A DNA stretch of 50,987 bases. Origin: a virus. Lineage: Duplodnaviria; Caudoviricetes. The DNA is taken from positions 1-50,987 of IMG/VR virus record IMGVR_UViG_3300025382_000013. One strand, given 5' to 3'. The notes under the pieces were generated by a model. That model was not told the DNA's origin and ran no database searches. It worked only from the letters and a program-made list of their open reading frames with translations. A program made the translations under genes and the position numbers. The number at the start of each line of letters is the position of its first letter. Position 1 is the first letter of the stretch. Shown in pieces: positions 1-9,481 of this stretch.

Positions 1-1023
1 GTTAGTATTAGCTTTAAGTTGTTTTAGGGCATGTTCAGCATGAGCTTTATCTTTGAATCCGTCCTGAACTACTGCCCACGAATCTGTTCCAAAAAAGCCA
101 CCGGATGGATACCATATCTCTGATTTACCAGTATCTGTACGATCTACAACTTGCAATTTATTTGGGTCTATCGGTGGAGGATTATCCTTTTCAGCTTGTG
201 CCTTGGCCATCATTTGTTTGTGTGCCTGTACATTGGCCTTCTCGTGTGCTCTAGGTTCTTGACCAATCATGTCTCTTAACAAATCGGCCCAACTCCATCC
301 TTCCATTTCCGGATCGTGGAATATTTCTTCAAATTCTCCTACTACTTCGCTTAGATCTTCTTCGACAAAATATTTAGGAATAAAACCTTTTTTCTCAGCT
401 ATGTCTATCATATAAGATTCTAAAGCATCATCGTCTTCATTAGCAAAATGTTCTTTAGTATCTGGATCCATCTTTTTAATAATATCCATGCCGAACTTAA
501 ACGCATGTTTGTAGCCTGGCATGTTATTCATACTCATAACAGTTTTTGGATCAACTCGAAGTGGTTTTTTATCTTGGCGTGTGCCTAATGCTTGATTCAT
601 AAATCCTGCAAATTTAGGATCATGTGCTTCCGCCAGCATCTTTTCTCTAGCGATTTCTTGTTCAGCATATTCGATAAGCTGGCGCATTTCTTCAATGCTT
701 TCACAGTTCCAACGGCGTAGTGCTAGAGCTTTGGGAGTAGGTTTACCATTAGGCTTTTTCATTGGCCCTTTGTTGCCACTCATACGAGCACAGAAACTCT
801 TACGGCGTTTAGCGGCCTTGGAGCCTGCTTTTAGTTTACTGGGTTTAGTGGTTACAGCAGTCTGTAAATGACTGCCTGGATGCTCATGACGATACGCATT
901 AACAGCTTTTTGACTTAGACCGTTAGTCTTATCGTGATGATTGACTTTGTTCCAATCTTCCCATAGGTTGGTTAGATTGGAAGCAAAATTTTGTAATAAT
1001 TGATCTTCAAGTGTCTTCTTCAT
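1..1023 (-). CDS. Phage protein with DUF6321-like N-terminal domain (partial, runs off window start)
   Basis: Not in ORF track. Manual translation from ATG at 1023: MKKTLEDQLL...GLSQKAVNAYR...PGS.LQTAVT...RRKSFCARMSG...LRRWNC, a motif I recall from T4-like phage DUF6321 proteins. TAAATA late promoter at 1138-1143. Confidence 0.65.
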   Translation of the reverse strand, partial: MKKTLEDQLLQNFASNLTNLWEDWNKVNHHDKTNGLSQKAVNAYRHEHPGSHLQTAVTTKPSKLKAGSKAAKRRKSFCARMSGNKGPMKKPNGKPTPKALALRRWNCESIEEMRQLIEYAEQEIAREKMLAEAHDPKFAGFMNQALGTRQDKKPLRVDPKTVMSMNNMPGYKHAFKFGMDIIKKMDPDTKEHFANEDDDALESYMIDIAEKKGFIPKYFVEEDLSEVVGEFEEIFHDPEMEGWSWADLLRDMIGQEPRAHEKANVQAHKQMMAKAQAEKDNPPPIDPNKLQVVDRTDTGKSEIWYPSGGFFGTDSWAVVQDGFKDKAHAEHALKQLKANTN

Positions 1024-1161
1024 ATGGCAATCCTAAGTGCCCGCATCCCCATCTAGCTAATATTTTATAACAAATATCAAACAGGGCTGTAAGGGTTTCG
1101 CGGGCGGTCATATCCATCATCCTCTGGGTATACTGGATATTTATCTGGATTGTCATTAGGA

Positions 1162-1983
1162 TTAGTCTGTTGATGCATTAGCTCCACACTTGTTTCTCTT
1201 AGCTTGAGTCAATGCTCCAAAGTCTACTGGCCATTCTTTACCTGGTTGTAGTTCAACTGCACCTTGTGGGAAAGCAAACTTAACACCACCAGCTTGTTCG
1301 ATCTGTGCAATTGGCAAACGGAACTTGGTCAAGTCGTTACCCAAGTTTGGATATGGTGCAACGTGTGGGAATGCCCAACCTGCGATTTCTTTAGTTTGGT
1401 TATTGATAACAATCTTGTAGAAGCCATGTGGTACAACTACGCCTTTACCGATTGTCTTGTCACCAGCGCCATATACCCCGCCCACATATACTGTGTAGCT
1501 CTGATTGCGTTGGACTGCCCAACCGCGGACAGAAGTTTCCAGTAATTTCCAAATTCCACGATTTAATGACCCAGCCTGTGGACTCATGTTTGTCATCAAG
1601 AATGATTCGTATTCCACTTGTGGGTCCCAGGACAAATCCCCGTCTGGAGCCATGTGTCCTTTGTCGTAGCCTGTGCCAGCATAGTCAGCTGGAACTGCAC
1701 CGTTTGGTACGAATTGGTTTGGAGCAAATGCGTTAGTACGTGCTACACATCCTAGTGCGTTTTGTGGCAATAGTTCGTAGGTTACATACTTAGGCAACTT
1801 AGCGGCCGCATCGTATCCAACTAGATATGCTTGTTGGCAAAGTGGCTGTACGCCTTGTGCTTCTGGAAATCCGTATGGCGCATGTGCTTGACATTGTGCT
1901 GGAGGAAATGGTTGTCGTTGTGTCCATGCGAAACTGCTAACACTAACTAAGGCTAGAACCAAGCCTAAAAGATATTTCTTCAT
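1162..1983 (-). CDS. DNA/RNA non-specific endonuclease (NucA/Serratia-type) with signal peptide
   Basis: GYDKGHMAP (DRGH-type) active site, F.MTNMSPQ...LNRG.W..LE motif, N-terminal signal peptide. Confidence 0.9.
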   Translation of the reverse strand: MKKYLLGLVLALVSVSSFAWTQRQPFPPAQCQAHAPYGFPEAQGVQPLCQQAYLVGYDAAAKLPKYVTYELLPQNALGCVARTNAFAPNQFVPNGAVPADYAGTGYDKGHMAPDGDLSWDPQVEYESFLMTNMSPQAGSLNRGIWKLLETSVRGWAVQRNQSYTVYVGGVYGAGDKTIGKGVVVPHGFYKIVINNQTKEIAGWAFPHVAPYPNLGNDLTKFRLPIAQIEQAGGVKFAFPQGAVELQPGKEWPVDFGALTQAKRNKCGANASTD

Positions 1984-2021
1984 GAGTAGTACTCCTTTAT
2001 AAAGTACTATTATTTACTCTT

Positions 2022-2450
2022 TTATTTGAACCAGCCTATCTTTTCGCCAGCTTCTTTACGTCTTTGATATTCCTCCGGTGTACTTGGAAATCTCCAAGCC
2101 CATACAGCTACTAAGAACATACATGCGGCTGTCCATGCAATAGCCTTTAGATTATGGGTGGTAAACCACATAATTACAAGACTACTGTCCATCATGACAA
2201 CCATGAATATCTTGCCGTTGAAAGGAAAAACACGTTTCTCATTCCAGTTGGTCAGGAACGGGCCAAACAATTTGTGATTGTATAGCCACGCATGCATTTT
2301 AGGATTAACCTTGGCAAAGCAATAGGCCGCAAACACTACAAATATACTAAACGGTATACCTGGAGTGATCACACCTATATAGGCCATGCCAAGACTGGCA
2401 AAGCCTAATAAGTTCCAAAATGCTTTTTTCAACGTAGAAACTGATTCCAT
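2022..2450 (-). CDS. YbaN/DUF454 family inner-membrane protein
   Basis: LG.IG...PGIP...F...AAYCF....H.WL.NH.LFGP....W pattern typical of YbaN. Confidence 0.8.
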   Translation of the reverse strand: MESVSTLKKAFWNLLGFASLGMAYIGVITPGIPFSIFVVFAAYCFAKVNPKMHAWLYNHKLFGPFLTNWNEKRVFPFNGKIFMVVMMDSSLVIMWFTTHNLKAIAWTAACMFLVAVWAWRFPSTPEEYQRRKEAGEKIGWFK

Positions 2451-2947
2451 TCTTTATACCTTATGTTGTCAAAGCCTAGCTTCTTGCGCTTATTTACAAG
2501 TTCATAGAACTCTGGTTTATAAGGTTTGATTTTAGGTTTCCATCCTTTTGTAGCATCACTTTTACTGGCATTGCATGGACCACATGCTGTGGTACAGTTT
2601 TCCCAAGTACTCAGTCCGCCTTTGCTAACAGGTAACACGTGATCCAAAGTAGCATCTTTGCGCTCAATATGTTCACCACAGTATTGGCATTCGCAGTTGT
2701 CTCGTAGATAGACATTGCTACGACTGAAACGAATACTAACTTTTGGTTTCATGTATTCACGCAACATCATAACGCTGGGTACTGGAGTTTCCCAAGTGGC
2801 TGAGTGTACAATCCAATTGTCGTGCCAGGCTAGTACATCGGCCTTATCAAGAACCATGTATTTGATAGCGTCTTCCCAAATTAGGGTACTCAACGGCATG
2901 TATGAAACTGGCAAGCCGTCAGCATTGAGTAGCAGAGTATCTGCCAT
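2429..2947 (-). CDS. HNH endonuclease (McrA-like)
   Basis: RD..CQYCG, TLDHVLP.SKGG...W.N...AC..CN..K. Confidence 0.9.
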   Translation of the reverse strand: MADTLLLNADGLPVSYMPLSTLIWEDAIKYMVLDKADVLAWHDNWIVHSATWETPVPSVMMLREYMKPKVSIRFSRSNVYLRDNCECQYCGEHIERKDATLDHVLPVSKGGLSTWENCTTACGPCNASKSDATKGWKPKIKPYKPEFYELVNKRKKLGFDNIRYKEWNQFLR

Positions 2948-3014
2948 TTTGATTACCTTTTAGTTGTGTTACAGACCCAACTTTAGAAGTTATAATTATA
3001 ACTTCACTTTGTAT

Positions 3015-3563
3015 TTAAGTCAAAATGCTTTGAGCAAACTCTAAACCGCTTAGATCTAGATGTTTTGCCCATTGATCGTTGCCGTCGTAATCAAATGTTA
3101 AATCTAAATTGCTTTTTGAAATGCACCAGCTGTATGCTGGATGAAATGGTGCACGACCTTTGAATTCATCCATCAATTGTCCCGGAGCCCATGCTGCCAT
3201 GCCCATAAACAATCTCCAACGAAGCGGAGAATCTCCAGCGGCCAGTCTTGGCATAATATCATCGGCACTGCTGATGCTGAGAGAGTTGGTAACTCGTAAA
3301 GTATTTTTACAACTCCACTCGCTTGAATGTATCATTGTCAAACTGTGATTGTTTACAGGACCACCAACATACATGTTGCCGGGAGCATTGACTATGATGT
3401 TTAATTGATAACCAAAGTCTATCACACTCATAGTGCTGGCCTTGTTTAGTACAATTCCTAAGGTTCCCTGTGGAGTGTGCTCTGTAATTAGAATAACAGT
3501 TTTATTCCAGAAGCCTTGTTTAACTGCTGGAGGTGCGATTAATATATTTCCTACTAGTTCCAT
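3015..3563 (-). CDS. YqgE/AlgH (DUF179) family protein
   Basis: G.ILIA.P....F..TV.LI.EH...G..G.VLNK, YVGGPV, F.G.A.W.PGQL..E. Exact TATAAATA at 3569-3576. Confidence 0.85.
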   Translation of the reverse strand: MELVGNILIAPPAVKQGFWNKTVILITEHTPQGTLGIVLNKASTMSVIDFGYQLNIIVNAPGNMYVGGPVNNHSLTMIHSSEWSCKNTLRVTNSLSISSADDIMPRLAAGDSPLRWRLFMGMAAWAPGQLMDEFKGRAPFHPAYSWCISKSNLDLTFDYDGNDQWAKHLDLSGLEFAQSILT

Positions 3564-3581
3564 GTAGGTATTTATAATACG

Positions 3582-5039
3582 TTATGCTGACTTAATGTCA
3601 GATAAGGTATTCAGTGCAACTTGAGATTTTACACCGGCCTTGTTAGATCCCACACCCTGGTATGTACTCAAACCAGTAGTGTTGGGTAGCCCTGCCCACA
3701 CTCTAGAAAGTAAATTTAAGAACTCACCATCGGATACTTTGCCGTGTAGCCAATCGTCTAACTTGCATTGATAACGCATTGTATAGATACACAGTTCGTC
3801 TTGGAACTTGGGATCAAACTTTTGACTGTTCCAATCTACGCCCATACGTTTTGCATAGTCCCGCAATGTACCAGGCATGTACTGATATCTACCAGCGGCG
3901 GCAGTTTCTCCTCCTGCTCCACCACGTTTTTGGTAAGCATATAAATCTGCTAGTGTCATGTTCAATATTTGTGGAACATGTCTTCCGCCTTGCATTACAT
4001 CATATGATCCGCCACTTTCTGGTTTAGCAATCAGATCCAATATCTTACCAACTTTACCTTTAGTAACTGAGTCTTGTGACAATGCGGCCATTGGAGTATT
4101 TTGTACAGCACTGGCCTTTACATCCGAATCCTTAGCATGTGTTAACTTACTTGTGATTTCAGGTTTGCCTGCCAACAATTTATTCAATGCGCCAACAGTC
4201 TCTGGTCCTGGGTCTCCGTCAACTGTAACTCCAAGTTTAGACTGTAGTTCTTTGACTGCACCTGAAGTGTATGGACCACGTATACCATCCACTCCATTAG
4301 GACCAATATCAAAACCTAGTGCAACTAATACCTTTTGAATATCAGCTACTTCAGTTCCTACTCTTCCATTAGGGATCGACAGTACAAAGTCACCAGTATC
4401 AGAAGATGAACTAGATGTTGTTCCACGTGGACTTAAACTTTGATCAGATTTCTTATCGTCTTTACTGTCAGGAGCTGAGCCACCTTTACCTATCATGGCT
4501 AATACTTTGGCACCTGTTGATTTATAAGCATTTGGTACAGCATGTACTCCGTCGGCCAACGGACTGCCGTCCATGTCAATAACAGGAACGCCCACTGCTG
4601 ACCGAATGGCTTGACGGACCTTTTCAGTGTAGTTGCCACCATAGTAAGGCTTTACACTTGGATCACCGTTTGGAAATAGTACAAATACAACCTTGTGTCC
4701 TGCTCCCTTTGCGGCTGAAACTACCTTGGCAACGTTGTCTGCAATAACACTTGGTGATACCAAAGGTGTTTTACCTTTACTCATTAGATTTGCTTTTAGG
4801 CTATTGGCCGCATCATTGCATCCTTGTGCTATCACAATGCTAGCGCCTTTTGGAACATTTTCAATTCCTGTAGGATGCCCGTTGTAGTTACCTGAAAAGT
4901 TACTGGTAGCAGTACTAGGCTGTCCACCATGTGCATAGTTTTTTATACCAGCGGCATAGGATAGGCCTTCAGCATGACTATCTCCTACAGCATAGACAAC
5001 TGAATCAGACGCTTCTTTTATAATTTCTAAGATTCTCAT
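3582..5039 (-). CDS. Multidomain peptidoglycan hydrolase: SGNH-like + PG-binding + lysozyme-like (GH104/lambda-type) domains
   Basis: N-terminal VGDSH, G.ND, DGVH (SGNH blocks). Central IQ..L..LG....G.DG..GP.T..AV...Q..LG..VDG..GP.T (PG_binding_1). C-terminal ESGG.Y, AAGRYQ, W.GLP. Confidence 0.75.
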   Translation of the reverse strand: MRILEIIKEASDSVVYAVGDSHAEGLSYAAGIKNYAHGGQPSTATSNFSGNYNGHPTGIENVPKGASIVIAQGCNDAANSLKANLMSKGKTPLVSPSVIADNVAKVVSAAKGAGHKVVFVLFPNGDPSVKPYYGGNYTEKVRQAIRSAVGVPVIDMDGSPLADGVHAVPNAYKSTGAKVLAMIGKGGSAPDSKDDKKSDQSLSPRGTTSSSSSDTGDFVLSIPNGRVGTEVADIQKVLVALGFDIGPNGVDGIRGPYTSGAVKELQSKLGVTVDGDPGPETVGALNKLLAGKPEITSKLTHAKDSDVKASAVQNTPMAALSQDSVTKGKVGKILDLIAKPESGGSYDVMQGGRHVPQILNMTLADLYAYQKRGGAGGETAAAGRYQYMPGTLRDYAKRMGVDWNSQKFDPKFQDELCIYTMRYQCKLDDWLHGKVSDGEFLNLLSRVWAGLPNTTGLSTYQGVGSNKAGVKSQVALNTLSDIKSA

Positions 5040-5329
5040 TACTGACCTTTCCTTGTACCATAGTCAGGTAATGGACCGCCATATTTGCGGCCTTTAATTC
5101 GCTTGCCGCCTACAACAATTCGTACCTTACGATTGCCAGAGGTTATCAAATGGCTTTTATTACCATCACGTGCTCGCAGTCCTTGGCTCTTACAGCTGGC
5201 TAAATTGCTGGCTCCTAGATCACTATCTGGACGACCACTAGTACACAATGCACGACTGGCTTTACCGTGTTCGTTTAGGCTACCGCCGCAGTCTGGGCAA
5301 AATTGTTCTGTTATTTCATGTAAACGCAT
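5039..5329 (-). CDS. Basic late phage protein
   Basis: TAAATA at 5337-5342 just upstream, MRLHEITE N-terminus. Confidence 0.6.
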   Translation of the reverse strand: MRLHEITEQFCPDCGGSLNEHGKASRALCTSGRPDSDLGASNLASCKSQGLRARDGNKSHLITSGNRKVRIVVGGKRIKGRKYGGPLPDYGTRKGQ

Positions 5330-5339
5330 AGTAATGTAT

Positions 5340-6158
5340 TTATTGATTCAGATACTCAAATACATTTAACCATTTACGTTTGCCTATAGTTTCTTTAAGA
5401 TGTGTTAGATCAGCACAGGTTTTAGTACGCATACGCTGTTGTTCTTCTAGAGGAATAGGCGTCAACTCTAGTGTTGCACCTTCAATTTCAGCTATTTCTT
5501 CTGCTATATCCAGGAAACTGTGTGCCAACCCGGATCCTACATTCCAAACACCTGATCCATTGACTGTTTTAATAAAGTCTATGTGTAGACGGCAAACATC
5601 ACCAACCCAAGTCCAATCACGTTTGATGTTTTCAGCACCTTCCCAAACAGTAATCTTACCTTCGTTGCGAGCCTGTGTGCGCCATTTTTCTATTACATTG
5701 GCACGATTTCCACGCAGGTGCATATACTTGCCATAGACGTTAAAATAACGAAACCCTTGTAGTTTTATATGTATGGGCTGTTGAAAAACCCAACGATCAA
5801 ACAAATACTTGCTCCATGCGTAGGGAGTTTGTGGATGGCAAGGTGCAAACTCGCTAAAGTCTTTGGTGTTACCGTACACGCTACTTGAACTGGCATACTG
5901 TAGGTTTACGCCATGCTCGTTACATTCTGTGAATAGTCGTTGGCTGAACTCTAAGTTTTGTTTCAGTATACGATCAACATCATGGTTAGTCATGTCGGCT
6001 ATAGCGCCCAAATGCACTACCCAATCATAACTACTCACATCTGGAAAATGAGCAGGGTCATAATCGTATCCGTCCACATACCAACCCTCTTCGTGGGCAA
6101 GCCATGCTAGCATATTTCGACCAATAAAGCCTTCGTGGCCGGTTACTAGTATTTTCAT
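5340..6158 (-). CDS. NAD-dependent epimerase, ADP-L-glycero-D-manno-heptose 6-epimerase (GmhD/RfaD)-like
   Basis: TGxxGFIG, YASSxxVYG, Y..SK..FD, GFRYFNVYG, RD...V.DV, NVGSG, T.ADL..L. Confidence 0.75.
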   Translation of the reverse strand: MKILVTGHEGFIGRNMLAWLAHEEGWYVDGYDYDPAHFPDVSSYDWVVHLGAIADMTNHDVDRILKQNLEFSQRLFTECNEHGVNLQYASSSSVYGNTKDFSEFAPCHPQTPYAWSKYLFDRWVFQQPIHIKLQGFRYFNVYGKYMHLRGNRANVIEKWRTQARNEGKITVWEGAENIKRDWTWVGDVCRLHIDFIKTVNGSGVWNVGSGLAHSFLDIAEEIAEIEGATLELTPIPLEEQQRMRTKTCADLTHLKETIGKRKWLNVFEYLNQ

Positions 6159-6169
6159 AAGTTGTAAAC

Positions 6170-6385
6170 TTATTTTGTATCGGGTTGGGTTATGCTATAT
6201 CTTTGTAAAAAAGCTTCTAGTCTGCAATAGTAAGGTTTTTCAAGATTATCGTAATATTCGATCCAATGATCGTTTTCTACTTCAAAGATTTTTTTGACAC
6301 GGAATTTTGCACCGTTGACTTCTGTAAAGATGTCGCCTTCTTTTGGTGTTGCAAACATTCTGTCTTCTGATGTAAATGTTGTCAT
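6170..6385 (-). CDS. Hypothetical protein
   Basis: ORF coupled by ATGA-type overlap in minus-strand operon. Confidence 0.55.
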   Translation of the reverse strand: MTTFTSEDRMFATPKEGDIFTEVNGAKFRVKKIFEVENDHWIEYYDNLEKPYYCRLEAFLQRYSITQPDTK

Positions 6386-6606
6386 AGGTATTGTCCCGGA
6401 TTGCTTTGTTCTAATTCATCTAATTTATTCCACACAAACTTTAATAGCTCTTTGCCTGTAGTAGGGTCTGTGCTCATAAGCAGTGTAATACGACTCAATA
6501 ACATACCTGCAATGTTGTGCGCTTGAAATTGATCTTGATATTTAATTATTACTGCATCAAGATCTGCTATAAAAGATTCAATATCTTCATCTGAATGATT
6601 AGCCAT
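6382..6606 (-). CDS. Hypothetical protein
   Basis: Overlapping operon ORF. Confidence 0.6.
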   Translation of the reverse strand: MANHSDEDIESFIADLDAVIIKYQDQFQAHNIAGMLLSRITLLMSTDPTTGKELLKFVWNKLDELEQSNPGQYL

Positions 6607-6895
6607 TCACTATCATCCTTACAAGGCCAACACTATCGATAGACACAAGCAATAGATAGTTAGCCAACATTCCGAAACTTCGTCTGGTCCAACTAGCCCA
6701 AGCGTACAAACTGCAACCAGTAATCCAAATGGGATACAGGATAGGAAGCGGAGGGTTGGGTACAGTGACTGCCATTGTAATGCTACAGCCAATACTAATA
6801 GCCCAAGCCAACAGCTCAATGCAAAAACGAAATCTATTAGAACTATAGTCATCTCGTATCCAATCAAATGTAGGTTTTAATATATTATCGATCAT
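6599..6895 (-). CDS. Small membrane protein
   Basis: Three hydrophobic segments. Start reassigned to MIDNIL, just downstream of a TTGATC-N17-TAAAAT promoter. Confidence 0.6.
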   Translation of the reverse strand: MIDNILKPTFDWIRDDYSSNRFRFCIELLAWAISIGCSITMAVTVPNPPLPILYPIWITGCSLYAWASWTRRSFGMLANYLLLVSIDSVGLVRMIVNG

Positions 6896-6930
6896 ATAGT
6901 ATTTTAGCAAAAATCTTAAATTAGATCAAT

Positions 6931-6955
6931 AAAAAAGGCTACCGAAGTAGCCTTT
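6931..6955 (-). terminator. Rho-independent terminator
   Basis: Minus strand AAAGGCTAC-TTCG-GTAGCCTTT-TTT. Confidence 0.85.
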
Positions 6956-6975
6956 GAACTTAACCTAGTCTAGTA

Positions 6976-7245
6976 TTAGACCAAACCCATTGCCAATGCT
7001 TTGTAACCAGCGGCAACAATCTTGCGGCTTGGTGTACCGATAACATACTCAGTTACCTTAACATTGTTACCAGCAACACGAGTGTTAGCATAAACTGCAT
7101 AGCCATTTTGGCGGATGCGGCTTACTTCAGCACTGATGTTCTTGATGCCAAAACGCTTTTCAGCTTGAGCGGCTGTAACAGCTTCACCGTTGTAAAGTGC
7201 GTTGAACAGCTTGTAGGTCTTAGTTTCTGGATTGAAAAATTTCAT
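6976..7245 (-). CDS. Small winged-HTH DNA-binding protein
   Basis: L..G..VT..Q...RFGI.N..A.VS.IR..GY.VY pattern. Confidence 0.6.
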   Translation of the reverse strand: MKFFNPETKTYKLFNALYNGEAVTAAQAEKRFGIKNISAEVSRIRQNGYAVYANTRVAGNNVKVTEYVIGTPSRKIVAAGYKALAMGLV

Positions 7246-7307
7246 TTTAGTTTCCTTTTAGATTATGCTGTAATTCAACAGCTATATCTATTGTAACAAA
7301 GTTACAA

Positions 7308-7679
7308 TTACTTTGCAAGCTCTTTGGCAGGATCGTCTGCACTAATTGTGCCAAAAAACTTCTTGCCTGGAAAACGTGTATGAACAGCTTCAAGTAAGTT
7401 ATTAAGATTTGGTGCTTGGGCTAAAAATTGTCCAGTGTGTTTGTCGTAAGCATAGAGATGATCTCCTACTCGTTCAACATCCATTAGATGTGCATCTTCT
7501 GGCATGTCGTTGTTTTCGACTTCGTGATTGATGTCTTTGATCTGTTTCAGTATTTCAATCATACGGTCTGGATCTTTACTAAGATTTTGACTAAACTGAA
7601 ACAATGCCCAATGTTTACCTACGTAAAATGCTCCGTATGCTACGCAAAAATAGGGCATGTATGTGAAAAATGTTTCCAT
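7308..7679 (-). CDS. Hypothetical protein with N-terminal membrane anchor
   Basis: AGGAG RBS and TAAATA (7702-7707) upstream. Confidence 0.6.
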   Translation of the reverse strand: METFFTYMPYFCVAYGAFYVGKHWALFQFSQNLSKDPDRMIEILKQIKDINHEVENNDMPEDAHLMDVERVGDHLYAYDKHTGQFLAQAPNLNNLLEAVHTRFPGKKFFGTISADDPAKELAK

Positions 7680-7713
7680 GGAGTTCTCCTGCTGGTAAAG
7701 TTATTTACAAAAA

Positions 7714-8010
7714 TTAATCTTTCATACCTTCGAACATAGCGATTTTGGCTATTCTTTCGCCAAAATCCTCGTCATTGCGTATGATATAGAGGTCGTGCTC
7801 ATTACGGTCCTTTTGACGATCATAACGACTAAACTCTACAATCTTACCGCCACGTGCATTATAAATCTTAAACATCAGTGTGGGATCACTGTTGACATCA
7901 CGACCACCAATACTGTTCTTTGGTGAAACAGTAGCGTATCTGCCTTCGTCAATGGTAATATCTTGTTCACTGTCTAACCAGCGGCGTATTTTTCTTTTTA
8001 ACCAATTCAT
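7714..8010 (-). CDS. Hypothetical protein
   Basis: Operon ORF. Confidence 0.6.
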   Translation of the reverse strand: MNWLKRKIRRWLDSEQDITIDEGRYATVSPKNSIGGRDVNSDPTLMFKIYNARGGKIVEFSRYDRQKDRNEHDLYIIRNDEDFGERIAKIAMFEGMKD

Positions 8011-8246
8011 TGTAAATTCCTAGGTACTTCTTCATCATCTTGCAAAACCTGAAATATCTTTTCAGCTATATCAGGGTCTGTTTCCATCAATTCGTCAATA
8101 TCAATTTCTGTTCCAGGAGAAGCACCGTTTTCAAACATAGTTTTAATTTCGGCCACCAACTCGTCTAGTTCTTCCTGAGTGCCTTCAAAATTGTCAAAAC
8201 ATCCAGGAGCAAATATTATTTCTTTAGGCTTTTTTGCATCAGACAT
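8007..8246 (-). CDS. Acidic hypothetical protein
   Basis: Start reassigned to MSDAKK after AAGGA. Confidence 0.55.
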   Translation of the reverse strand: MSDAKKPKEIIFAPGCFDNFEGTQEELDELVAEIKTMFENGASPGTEIDIDELMETDPDIAEKIFQVLQDDEEVPRNLQ

Positions 8247-8472
8247 TAGGTTTCCTTGGAGTTGTACAGCTATCACTCCAAAGTTCTTGAGCTTGACGTT
8301 TGTATTCTTCCAGCTCTTGATCTTTCCTCAATTCTTCTTCCATCCAAAGCATTTTGGCATGTGCATAGCCTTCTTCGGTTAGGCCATGCCAACCAATACA
8401 CTTGCCTGTTGGGCTACGACCACAACCGCACTTGCCAAACTGTTCTGAATCTTCTTTAACTCTTACTTGCAT
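8239..8472 (-). CDS. CDGSH-like iron-sulfur/zinc-binding protein
   Basis: CGCGRSPTGKCIGWH resembles the CDGSH C-x-C-x2-S-...-C-D-G-S-H motif. GGAGG RBS before MQVRV. Confidence 0.6.
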   Translation of the reverse strand: MQVRVKEDSEQFGKCGCGRSPTGKCIGWHGLTEEGYAHAKMLWMEEELRKDQELEEYKRQAQELWSDSCTTPRKPNV

Positions 8473-8565
8473 TTTACTTTCCTCCAAATATATCAAAAAA
8501 TTTAATCACAACAGACAACACAACAAAGGCTATTGCTATAATGACTAAACCTTCTGCGATTATTG

Positions 8566-8754
8566 TCATAGACTCATTATCCTATTGATAACTTCTGTTG
8601 CCTGTGGCCATTCCTTGCGTTCTAACTGTGCTTCAATGGCACGTTCTACAGCCTCCTGCATGTTTCTCAAATATGGCCGCTGATACTCAGTAGCATAAGG
8701 CTGTGTCCATTTAATAGTATACAAATACTTGCGGGGTATGATAGGTTCATCCAT
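8566..8754 (-). CDS. Hypothetical protein
   Basis: Operon ORF. Confidence 0.5.
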   Translation of the reverse strand: MDEPIIPRKYLYTIKWTQPYATEYQRPYLRNMQEAVERAIEAQLERKEWPQATEVINRIMSL

Positions 8755-9110
8755 TATTTTTCAATTCCTTCTACACGTTTGCCTTCTTTGAGGGTACGCA
8801 TCAATTGACGATTGCGTTCCTTTTGTTCAGCGGCCGCACGTTTCTTGTCATCACTAAGTTTAAGTATCATGTCGTATTCACGTGCCCAACGCACACCGTG
8901 AAGCCAAGTTTCTAGTCCTTCGACACTACCTACATACAGTTCAGCATCCCGATTGTAGATTGGAAGAGCATCTGGATCTTTTGGTTTCAAGCATAGTGAA
9001 CCATGATCATTATTCCATTCCGAATGTTTGCTCTTGGCAAACTTAAAGCCTAGCTTGTCAATTTCTTGTTCAAGACGGCGAACTCGTTCAATTGTGTTCC
9101 AACCTGCCAT
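8754..9110 (-). CDS. Hypothetical protein
   Basis: TTGACG-N17-TATAAT promoter upstream (about 9140-9168). Confidence 0.6.
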   Translation of the reverse strand: MAGWNTIERVRRLEQEIDKLGFKFAKSKHSEWNNDHGSLCLKPKDPDALPIYNRDAELYVGSVEGLETWLHGVRWAREYDMILKLSDDKKRAAAEQKERNRQLMRTLKEGKRVEGIEK

Positions 9111-9148
9111 AATACATCTTTCTTGTTTAGGATGTAATTATTATACTA

Positions 9149-9481
9149 TCACTTGTTCTTTACGTCAAGCTCGTGTCCCCATTTGATCCACCAATAGGTA
9201 TAGTTTTTGGGAGAGAGTTCTGCTCGAATTGAGTAAGCATATCCATAATTGTGTGGGTCAGCACTACGATGCCAACTAGGAGTTTGGACAGCGTTAGCCA
9301 TTACCCATTTGCCCATTTCAGTTTGTTGCCATTGCCAAAGTGGCTCAGCGGCATACAAGTCTGGATCTTCTACATCGCCCATTCTAAAGTTATGAACTAC
9401 TACAGTCAGTGGACCATGCCGCTTGACATGCTCGACTGTGGTAAAGTCTCCGTTTGGTAAAGGTAATATGGTATCGTTCAA
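9149..9481 (-). CDS. Small paralogous-family protein (C-terminal Trp-rich motif)
   Basis: Ends TYWWIKWG, similar to neighbours. Confidence 0.6.
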   Translation of the reverse strand: MNDTILPLPNGDFTTVEHVKRHGPLTVVVHNFRMGDVEDPDLYAAEPLWQWQQTEMGKWVMANAVQTPSWHRSADPHNYGYAYSIRAELSPKNYTYWWIKWGHELDVKNK

